A DNA stretch of 30,059 bases from a virus: positions 1-30,059 of the IMG/VR virus record IMGVR_UViG_3300045988_074572; one strand, given 5' to 3'. Of this stretch, positions 1-5,817 are shown piece by piece. Within the stretch, counting starts at the first letter, position 1. Each line of letters begins with the position of its first letter. A program made the position numbers and the translations under genes. The notes beneath the pieces were generated by a model that was given only the letters and a program-made list of their open reading frames with translations, was not told the DNA's origin and made no database searches.

Positions 1-61
1 GCGGTTAAGCCACAGCCCTCTCAAGGCTGTATCACGGGTTCGAATCCCGTACGCGCTACCA
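1..61 (+). tRNA. 3' portion of a tRNA gene; the window starts inside it. By my fold the anticodon is CUC (Glu). The CCA end is encoded.
   Basis: Anticodon stem 13-17 CAGCC pairs with 25-29 GGCTG, loop CTCTCAA. Variable loop is 4 nt. T-arm is ACGGG-TTCGAAT-CCCGT (34-50). Acceptor 3' strand ACGCGCT, discriminator A, CCA at 59-61. Confidence 0.8.
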
Positions 62-72
62 TATAGCTAAAT

Positions 73-97
73 ACCCTTTATTTAAAGGGGTTTTTTA
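73..97 (+). terminator. Rho-independent terminator after the tRNA
   Basis: Hairpin CCCTTTA-TT-TAAAGGG (74-89) followed by a T6 run (91-96). Confidence 0.75.
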
Positions 98-112
98 TTT
101 TTATACAATCCA

Positions 113-134
113 ATGTCTTAATTATGTCTTAATT
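113..134. repeat. Perfect tandem duplication, 2 x ATGTCTTAATT
   Basis: 113-123 and 124-134 are identical 11-mers, about 50 bp downstream of the tRNA end. Confidence 0.9.
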
Positions 135-173
135 TTTTTAAATTCTGCATTTTTCAATCGGATTTTTACCTTT

Positions 174-308
174 TCAAAAAGTGAAGGCAATGAAGGCAAA
201 AAGTGAGTTGTAACTTTTTTCTCTATATATATTTATATATATTTTTTTATAAATTTTATTAGAAAAATAATATAACTAAATATTTGCTTTCATTCCCTTC
301 ACTTTTGA
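174..308. repeat. 26-27 bp imperfect inverted repeat flanking an 82-bp AT-rich spacer; each arm contains a tandem TGAAGGCAA-like 9-mer
   Basis: Left arm 174-200 is TCAAAAAGTGAAGGCAATGAAGGCAAA. The reverse complement of 283-308 is TCAAAAGTGAAGGGAATGAAAGCAAA. That is 2 mismatches and 1 indel. Confidence 0.85.
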
Positions 309-378
309 TTATCATTTGTTACTTTGTACGTTATGCTTTTAAAAACTTAATTTTTGTTCAAAAAAAGTTATATAATGC

Positions 379-407
379 TTGTATGTATGCTAGCATTATG
401 TTATAAT
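379..407 (+). promoter_or_regulatory. Sigma-A type promoter with a palindromic operator-like element in the spacer
   Basis: TTGTAT (379-384), 17-nt spacer, TATAAT (402-407), with TG at the extended -10 position. Palindrome ATGCTAGCAT lies at 387-396. Outer inverted repeat is ATAATGCT (372-379) with AGCATTAT (392-399). Confidence 0.6.
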
Positions 408-429
408 ATATATGTAGAAAGGAGAACAC

Positions 430-549
430 ATGAGAGATAAATTAAAAGAACTTCTTCGAAATCTAGACCTAATCGAAGAAGTCGCAATCAAAATGATTTC
501 CATTACTGGCTGGATTCTTATTTTGATTAAAGTGATTAGGGGTGGCTAG
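430..549 (+). CDS. 39-aa small membrane peptide (MRDKLKELLRNLDLIEEVAIKMISITGWILILIKVIRGG); below the ORF-track cutoff
   Basis: Strong RBS AAAGGAGA (418-425) lies 4 nt before the ATG at 430 and just downstream of the predicted promoter. N-terminal half is charged; C-terminal half is a hydrophobic helix. Confidence 0.5.
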   Translation: MRDKLKELLRNLDLIEEVAIKMISITGWILILIKVIRGG

Positions 550-697
550 TTAGCTACTCCTTCTCGCTAACATTATAATTTATATTTCATGAATAAGCAA
601 ACGTATGAAAAAGACAATATTACAAATTTTATTTATTCTAGGGTTAATTTTCTTCTTTATTGAAATGTTGGTTACATTACTATAGGAGGTGTTTAAA

Positions 698-1264
698 ATG
701 AGACCACAAGACAAGTACAACAAAGAAAAAATGACAATCATATCTGCTAGATTTCAGAATGATTTCGCAAACGAATTCAAACAAGCTTGTAAAAGCTTAT
801 GTATCAGTCAAGCAGATGTAATTAGAGACGCAATGAATCAAACAATTGAAAAAGCGAAAGCTATGAAGGAAAGCAATATGTATAGCACAACTAAATTAAG
901 TACAGACGAAAGTTATTTTAATCAATTTATTCAAAATCTAAAAGATTATGATGATTTTGGAAAATTCAAAGGTTACTTTGGAAGATATGAAGATTTTGAA
1001 AAAAAATTTGATGATCTAAACACTTCGCGTGAAGTTTACATTGATGCTTTTGATGAAGATGATTTTGAAACTCAATATAATGAAAAAGAAATTCATGAAA
1101 AACTCGGTGACAATCCAATTGTAAATGGATATGCAGAAGTTGAAGTTGGAACTGGTAAGTATGTTAAGCTTTATGGAAAATATTACTTTGAAGATTACGA
1201 TGAAGATAGTGAATGCTATCAAATGTGTAGCTTTGGAAACTACTATGCAGTCGATTTAGATTAA
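698..1264 (+). CDS. Protein with an N-terminal ribbon-helix-helix (CopG/Arc-like) DNA-binding domain and an acidic, aromatic-rich C-terminal region
   Basis: RBS AGGAGG (684-689) favours the ATG at 698 over the track start at 689. The sequence KMTIISARF-NDFANEFKQACKSL-CISQADVIRDAMNQTIEKAK fits a strand-helix-turn-helix RHH pattern. The C-terminus is rich in D, E, F and Y. Confidence 0.55.
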   Translation: MRPQDKYNKEKMTIISARFQNDFANEFKQACKSLCISQADVIRDAMNQTIEKAKAMKESNMYSTTKLSTDESYFNQFIQNLKDYDDFGKFKGYFGRYEDFEKKFDDLNTSREVYIDAFDEDDFETQYNEKEIHEKLGDNPIVNGYAEVEVGTGKYVKLYGKYYFEDYDEDSECYQMCSFGNYYAVDLD

Positions 1265-1291
1265 GGCCTATTGAATAGGTCTTTTTCTTTT
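1264..1291 (+). terminator. Rho-independent terminator
   Basis: Hairpin AGGCCTAT-TGA-ATAGGTCT with one G-U pair, followed by TTTTTCTTTT. Confidence 0.65.
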
Positions 1292-1652
1292 ATCAGAATC
1301 TATCACCGATGGTTAGGGCCTTATGCGAAGCATGTATGCTACGAGCATACTTTTGAACAAAAAAAAGACCACCTTTCAAGTACTTCTAGAATGTACTCTA
1401 TTCAGTGGTAAGAAAATAATGTTTCTTTGTAGTCGACTTGCATAAAAATAATATTAATCAGTCACGCTTGGTATGACTATAGATCAATACTAATAAACCT
1501 ATATGCCTAACTTAGATTTGTACATCAAGCTAACATGGTTCACTTGGAATTTCTCATGCTCGGCCTAAGACGATTATAGCATAAACCGTATAAAGTTCAT
1601 ACGATTTAAGTAACTCCTTATACACTGGTAGACGAGCTATGAAAATAATAGC

Positions 1653-1686
1653 ATAAAAAAAGGGCCTACGAACTAAATCATAGGCT
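1653..1686 (-). terminator. Possible terminator of the lysis operon (weak)
   Basis: Minus strand has a GCCTA...TAGGC stem with a 12-nt loop followed by T7 (plus-strand A-run 1654-1661), about 130 nt past the endolysin stop. Confidence 0.35.
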
Positions 1687-1730
1687 AAAATATACGAAAA
1701 ATAGTTGAAGGATTTGTGCCATAATTTCAA

Positions 1731-1800
1731 ATTTTGACACTTTTTTGATATTTAATTGTAATTTTTGCACATTTTGTACAATTTTGACATTTTTATGTGC
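1731..1800. repeat. Seven degenerate 10-bp units (consensus ATTTTGnACA) in helical phase; phased T-tracts
   Basis: The units are ATTTTGACAC, TTTTTTGATA, TTTAATTGTA, ATTTTTGCAC, ATTTTGTACA, ATTTTGACAT and TTTTATGTGC, starting every 10 bp from 1731. Confidence 0.8.
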
Positions 1801-1812
1801 AGATTCGCTTGT

Positions 1813-2910
1813 TTATGCGATTTCAGTTAATGGTGTTGGGTCAACCCAAATACCGCCAATTTTAACAATATTCTTTTGAACATTAACCGCATCAACTCTG
1901 ATTCTAGTTACATAGACAACTGCATTTGTAGTATGCAACACATTGTCATTATATCCATCTGAATTTGGCACTTTATCAACTAAGCGAATTGGAAACCAAC
2001 CACCTAATTGAGATAAATAGCAACATAAATCATCGCCAATTTTCTTCAAACCTTGATTGCCGATTTTCATGTGCACGGATGTTACATAGCTTCCTGGATG
2101 TAAAATTTGATCAATCGCTTCTGCACTAGACTGTGTTGTTCCGCCAGGAACATGAGGGTCTGAATCAATACCTGTATCATTTGTCCATCCAATCGCTACT
2201 CCATTTCTATCAACACGATACGGATATTTAGCACCTTTAATTACTCTACCGATTGAACCGTTCCAATCGCCTTTTAAGATTTTAGAAGTTCCGTAGCAGT
2301 TAACGCTTAATGTATTTGTGCAGATAGGTGTACCGACTGAATATTTTTCGCCACTTGGAGCGCTTGGAGCACTTGGTTGTGTTGGAGCTACTGTTTGACC
2401 GTCTAATCTAGCATTTACTTCTTGTGCTAATTGAGGCATTCTATCGTGTAGGAAAGGACCTGGGCAACTTGTACTTGCAAACATTCTATGCTCTGTCAAA
2501 CTTCCATTTGCGTTTCCTGTGTAATTTAATCTAAATCCGTATCTCTTACAAATATCAACACATAAATTTACCAATGCATTCCATGCTTTAGTTGAGATAG
2601 TCCAATTAGGCGCACACGTTTCATTTGCAACTTCAATTGTAATTGATTGGCAATCGTTGTAGTAGTTTGATGATGTCCACGCTCTGTTTTCTTCGTCTAC
2701 ATTCGAAACAATCGTACCGTCTGAACCAATGCAATAGTTTGCACTAGCCATTCTTCCGCTTACTTGGAATGATTGAGCGCATCTTTCGGCACTCCACTGA
2801 CACGCCATGTGGTGTGGTGTAATTTTACATACTTTATAGCCACCACGTCCTCGCATATAGTTGTCTGCGCTAGCAGGAATATATTTATTTGTTAAGCTTG
2901 AATATGACAT
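1813..2910 (-). CDS. Endolysin: N-acetylmuramoyl-L-alanine amidase (Amidase_2/PGRP type) with a C-terminal cell-wall-binding region
   Basis: Amidase_2-like motifs include ITPHHMA, ANYCIGSDG, NRAWTS, ITIEVANE and TEHRMFASTSCPGP. A Pro/Ser/Ala linker (PTQPSAPSAPSG) precedes a beta-rich C-terminal half. The gene is last in the lysis cassette. Confidence 0.85.
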   Translation of the reverse strand: MSYSSLTNKYIPASADNYMRGRGGYKVCKITPHHMACQWSAERCAQSFQVSGRMASANYCIGSDGTIVSNVDEENRAWTSSNYYNDCQSITIEVANETCAPNWTISTKAWNALVNLCVDICKRYGFRLNYTGNANGSLTEHRMFASTSCPGPFLHDRMPQLAQEVNARLDGQTVAPTQPSAPSAPSGEKYSVGTPICTNTLSVNCYGTSKILKGDWNGSIGRVIKGAKYPYRVDRNGVAIGWTNDTGIDSDPHVPGGTTQSSAEAIDQILHPGSYVTSVHMKIGNQGLKKIGDDLCCYLSQLGGWFPIRLVDKVPNSDGYNDNVLHTTNAVVYVTRIRVDAVNVQKNIVKIGGIWVDPTPLTEIA

Positions 2911-2996
2911 TCTTCTTCACCTTCTTCTTTTCCATTTGATAACTCAGATTGAGCTTCTTCTGATAAATCTTCAAATTTTACTTCTTTTTCTTCCAT
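2892..2996 (-). CDS. 34-aa highly acidic micro-ORF (MEEKEVKFEDLSEEAQSELSNGKEEGEEECHIQA) overlapping the endolysin start
   Basis: RBS GGAGG lies 8 nt upstream of the ATG (2996-2994). The ORF overlaps the endolysin start by 19 nt. It is below the ORF-track cutoff. Confidence 0.35.
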   Translation of the reverse strand: MEEKEVKFEDLSEEAQSELSNGKEEGEEECHIQA

Positions 2997-3008
2997 GAAT
3001 TATACCTC

Positions 3009-3407
3009 CTAATTTTTTTCGACCAAGAAATCTTGGATTTCATTTCTAGTTTCAACTAACTTTTCCTTATCGGAATCTGACAATAAGCCATTCAAGATTG
3101 CAATGTTTGCCTTAAGTAGCAAATTACTTCTTTCTTTATCTTCATCAAGACGATTATCATGTTCAGATAAAATGCGAGTATGTTCATTTAGCTTATTACT
3201 TAAGCCTTCTTGCGAAATGACTAACTTTTCGATATTTTTAATTCTATCGTTGTCTTGTTTTAATAATTCGTCATGTCTTAGAACCATCGCTTTTAAATCT
3301 TTATTTGGTTTTTGCCAATCTTGAAAAACCTTATAAGCACCACCGATTGTGATGACACCACCACATATTACTAATAGTAGTTGGATTGATCTAATTACTT
3401 CTTCCAC
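3009..3407 (-). CDS. N-terminally membrane-anchored coiled-coil protein; putative lysis accessory or holin partner
   Basis: A single TM segment (IQLLLVICGGVITIGGAYKVF) is followed by about 100 aa of heptad-like charged sequence. It sits between the holin and the endolysin. Confidence 0.5.
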   Translation of the reverse strand: MEEVIRSIQLLLVICGGVITIGGAYKVFQDWQKPNKDLKAMVLRHDELLKQDNDRIKNIEKLVISQEGLSNKLNEHTRILSEHDNRLDEDKERSNLLLKANIAILNGLLSDSDKEKLVETRNEIQDFLVEKN

Positions 3408-3418
3408 AACCCAACACC

Positions 3419-3691
3419 CTATTCATCTTCATTTTTGCCTTCAATGAAACGTGTAAATGCCTGATGCAGTCCGGTAGATGCCAATCCCATCACTGCCCCA
3501 TATACGGCACTTTCAATCGAAAGGCCTGATACCGCTAGATTTAATGTCATTCCAATTAAAGCAAGCACTGTTGGAATATATTTATTAGGAAAACTTGTAA
3601 ATGATGTTTTTAAAATATATCCAACAACTAAGCATGCTACCAAAACAACTAAAACAAAATAATTTGTAACTTGTGTAAAATCTAAATTCAT
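3419..3691 (-). CDS. Holin (small protein with 2-3 TM segments and a charged C-terminus)
   Basis: 90 aa with hydrophobic segments and a terminal KNEDE. Its position is upstream of the endolysin. The motif GLASTGLHQ resembles Hol44-type holins. Confidence 0.7.
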   Translation of the reverse strand: MNLDFTQVTNYFVLVVLVACLVVGYILKTSFTSFPNKYIPTVLALIGMTLNLAVSGLSIESAVYGAVMGLASTGLHQAFTRFIEGKNEDE

Positions 3692-3712
3692 ATTGATCCT
3701 CCTATTAGACTT

Positions 3713-3739
3713 ATTAAAAACGAGCCTATTTCTAGACTC
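3713..3739 (-). terminator. Rho-independent terminator between the 82-aa gene and the holin
   Basis: Minus strand reads GAGUCUA-GAAA-UAGGCUC with one G-U pair, followed by GUUUUUAAU. Confidence 0.55.
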
Positions 3740-3747
3740 CGAAATAT

Positions 3748-3996
3748 CTATAATTTAGTTACGTTTAACATCACATAACCATCTTTGAAACCATCGTTAG
3801 TTGTGATGCTACGAATTTGTGTCATTCTAAACAAACCTGTATCAGTTTCTTTTCCTTCATCTAAAGACACTTGTTTGAATAACACGTAATCTTGTTCATT
3901 GATTTGTTTATCTGTCAAATCAAGAATAATAAAGTCATGTTCCGTAAAGAAATTCCATAACTTTGTATTTAAATTGATTTCATGAACTTTAGTCAT
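3748..3996 (-). CDS. Small ASCH/DUF3850-like protein (moron-type accessory gene)
   Basis: 82 aa. The pattern VHEINL..F....DFIILD..D..I...DYVLFKQ......TG...MTQI..I......KDGYVMLNV matches my memory of DUF3850. This was not verified. Confidence 0.4.
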   Translation of the reverse strand: MTKVHEINLNTKLWNFFTEHDFIILDLTDKQINEQDYVLFKQVSLDEGKETDTGLFRMTQIRSITTNDGFKDGYVMLNVTKL

Positions 3997-4039
3997 ATAA
4001 AATCCTCCTATTAATATAAAAAAAGCGAGGTAAACAAAA

Positions 4040-4933
4040 ATGCTATATTCAGAAAAATTAACATCCTGGTTAAAGGAAAAGAAAATCTATCTAAAATACA
4101 GCACTTACACAAATTATTGTAATGTGATCCACAATCACATACTGCCATCACTTGGCAGTTATCAAATCGAGGAACTGAACAATGATATTCTCCAGGAAAT
4201 GATTCTTCAAAAGCTTGAAAACGGTCGCAAAGATGGAAAAGGTGGCATATCGTTTAAATATGCCAAAGACATTATTCAAATTCTTAAATTTACACTTCCG
4301 CTCAAAGTCGATGTTCAGTTGCCTTACCATCCTCCTAAGGCGGTCGAGATTTTTGAAAAAGAGCATCAAATAACATTAATTAATCACCTCCAATCTGAGA
4401 TCAACTGTAAAAACTTTGGAATACTTTTATGCATCCACACCGGAATACGCATAGGTGAACTATGCGCTTTGAAATGGTCTGATATAAATGTACAGACCAA
4501 ACTTTTAAAAATTGACAAAACCATGATACGAACATACACAAAAGAAGACGGTAGTCATCTTTCAATAACACCACCTAAATCACGTTCTAGCACTCGTATG
4601 ATTCCCTTGAACACATGGATAATGCATTATGCTATATTGCTTCAAGGTGATGCAGACAACTATGTGTTAACGAATCGAGATAAACCGATAGAACCTAATA
4701 AATATAGGCTTTACTACAATCGAATATTGAAAGAACTTGAGCTCCCACATCGTAAATTCCATGCGTTACGACATACATTTGCGACAAGATGTATCGAATG
4801 CGGATGTGACTATAAATCACTGAGTGAATTGTTAGGCCACTCCAATGTATCAATTACAATGAATATCTACGTACATCCACAAATGGAATTAAAACGTAAA
4901 TGCGTAGAATTGCTTTGTGACTACTACAAGTAA
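4040..4933 (+). CDS. Tyrosine site-specific recombinase (phage-integrase/Xer/Rci superfamily), proposed shufflon invertase
   Basis: Catalytic signature is present: GIRIGELCALKW (Arg I), HALRHTFAT (His-x-x-Arg) and LGHSNVSITMNIYVH (His/Tyr nucleophile). The N-terminus is SAM-like core-binding, with no arm-binding domain. It is the only substantial plus-strand gene in the phage body. Its stop (4931-4933) lies 2 nt before site A. Confidence 0.85.
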   Translation: MLYSEKLTSWLKEKKIYLKYSTYTNYCNVIHNHILPSLGSYQIEELNNDILQEMILQKLENGRKDGKGGISFKYAKDIIQILKFTLPLKVDVQLPYHPPKAVEIFEKEHQITLINHLQSEINCKNFGILLCIHTGIRIGELCALKWSDINVQTKLLKIDKTMIRTYTKEDGSHLSITPPKSRSSTRMIPLNTWIMHYAILLQGDADNYVLTNRDKPIEPNKYRLYYNRILKELELPHRKFHALRHTFATRCIECGCDYKSLSELLGHSNVSITMNIYVHPQMELKRKCVELLCDYYK

Positions 4934-4935
4934 AT

Positions 4936-4952
4936 GTATGTCTTTTACGTCT
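4936..4952 (+). repeat. Recombination site A (GTATGTCTTTTACGTCT)
   Basis: 13/17 identical to site D. It encodes MSFTS in frame with cassette 1. Confidence 0.7.
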
Positions 4953-5210
4953 AATTCTACTGGTGGAGAATACTACCATACATTATCATTTTCTGAAATG
5001 CCTGCTCATGGACATGAGATCGGTATATGGGGTACATCAGGAATTTTAAAAACTGATGCATGGGAGTTTATGACAATTCAAGGCTCGCATTACTCTGATA
5101 ATAAAAGCCATAATGTAAATAGTATTCATACTAATGCATCGGGTAGTGGAACTCCACACGCAAATATTCAACCATATTTAGTTGTATTCTTTTGGCGGAG
5201 AACCAACTAA
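4938..5210 (+). other. Silent RBP C-terminal cassette 1 (90 aa, tail-collar-type)
   Basis: Sequence is MSFTSNSTGGEYYHTLSFSEMPAHGHEI...HANIQPYLVVFFWRRTN. There is no SD upstream. It is convergent with and abuts cassette 2, sharing TAATTA stops. Confidence 0.7.
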
Positions 5211-5474
5211 TTAAGCGGTTCTCTTCCAAAAATATGTTGTAACGTATGGTTGGATATTGTTATGGTGCTGATTGCCACCTGCTGGCATGCCATTTTGAAG
5301 CCATCCTCCATTGCTGTATACTGTGCCAATGTCCATTGCAACAAACCAGTTTTCGATACCAGTATCTTCTGAACCATCCCATTTTGAATGAATATCATGA
5401 TAATGACTTGGCATTTCTGCTTGCGTTAACCTGTGGGTGTATTCTCCACCTGTTGCTCCGGTTGTAAATGACAT
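5211..5474 (-). other. Silent RBP C-terminal cassette 2 (87 aa, tail-collar-type)
   Basis: Sequence is MSFTTGATGGEYTHRLTQAEMPSHYHDI...HHNNIQPYVTTYFWKRTA. There is no convincing SD. Confidence 0.7.
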
Positions 5475-5476
5475 AC
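5460..5476 (-). repeat. Recombination site B (minus strand GTATGTCATTTACAACC)
   Basis: 17/17 identical to site D and in the same orientation. Confidence 0.75.
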
Positions 5477-5494
5477 CTATATAACTGATTAAAA

Positions 5495-5511
5495 GTATGT
5501 CATATACTGCC
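5495..5511 (+). repeat. Recombination site C (GTATGTCATATACTGCC)
   Basis: 14/17 identical to site D and in inverted orientation. It is separated from site B by only 18 bp. Confidence 0.7.
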
Positions 5512-5817
5512 AAACAAACAGGCGGATTTTATAAGAAAAGTTTATCAAGAGAAAACATTCCAAATTATATAATTGGTAGGATACCTGCTATAGTTCCAAC
5601 GAATCACGCTGATTGGGATAACTTCGGCGTTTACGGAGATGTCCTAGGAAAAATCCCAAAAGGAGAATTTGGAATAAGACCATATTCAGAAAATAGAGTT
5701 GTAGGAGATGATTCTACAACACAGTATGGATGGCGTATAACATCAAATGGTGGAAATAAGTCTTTCGATATTACACAACCTTATATTGTTGTATATCTTT
5801 GGAAGAGGATTAACTAA
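5497..5817 (+). other. Silent RBP C-terminal cassette 3 (106 aa, divergent)
   Basis: Sequence is MSYTAKQTGGFYKKSLSRENIPNYII...FDITQPYIVVYLWKRIN. It keeps the N- and C-terminal frame motifs but lacks the H-x-H motif. There is no SD. Its 3' end overlaps the 3' end of the expressed cassette by 8 nt. Confidence 0.65.

Noticed and set aside
589-685. Two tiny overlapping ORFs (24 aa from ATG 589; 26 aa from ATG 605) between the 39-aa peptide gene and the RHH gene.
   Set aside because: Neither has a Shine-Dalgarno sequence. The hydrophobic 26-aa one is mentioned in a finding but is too weak to list as a feature.
1016-1222. Minus-strand 68-aa ORF, and other antisense ORFs (3103-3324, 4148-4369, 16910-17113, 17842-18093, 18672-18878, 22537-22761, 22879-23106, 23330-23566, 24093-24329, 24393-24675, 25790-25984, 26626-26841).
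   Set aside because: All of them overlap better-supported genes on the opposite strand and show AT-rich shadow-frame composition.
1731-1800. A CRISPR array or replication iterons.
   Set aside because: The units are 10 bp, degenerate and contiguous without spacers. There are no cas genes and no replication genes nearby.
4040-4933. The recombinase as the ordinary prophage integrase.
   Set aside because: This is not fully excluded, but it is disfavoured by position (mid-phage, abutting site A), small size and lack of an arm-binding domain. It remains the explicit alternative in the findings.
4917-4937. The track start (GTG at 4917) of ORF 4917-5210, and the first 13 codons of ORF 5211-5513.
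   Set aside because: These N-terminal extensions (MTTTSKC, MAVYDILLISYIG) lie outside the conserved site and have no SD. The cassettes are better read as starting at the recombination site and being silent until fused.
5207-5467. ORFs 5207-5398 (-) and 5246-5467 (+) inside cassette 2.
   Set aside because: They are alternative frames of the cassette, with no homology pattern and no RBS. The frame carrying MSFTTGATGGEY...QPYVTTYFWKRTA is clearly the meaningful one.
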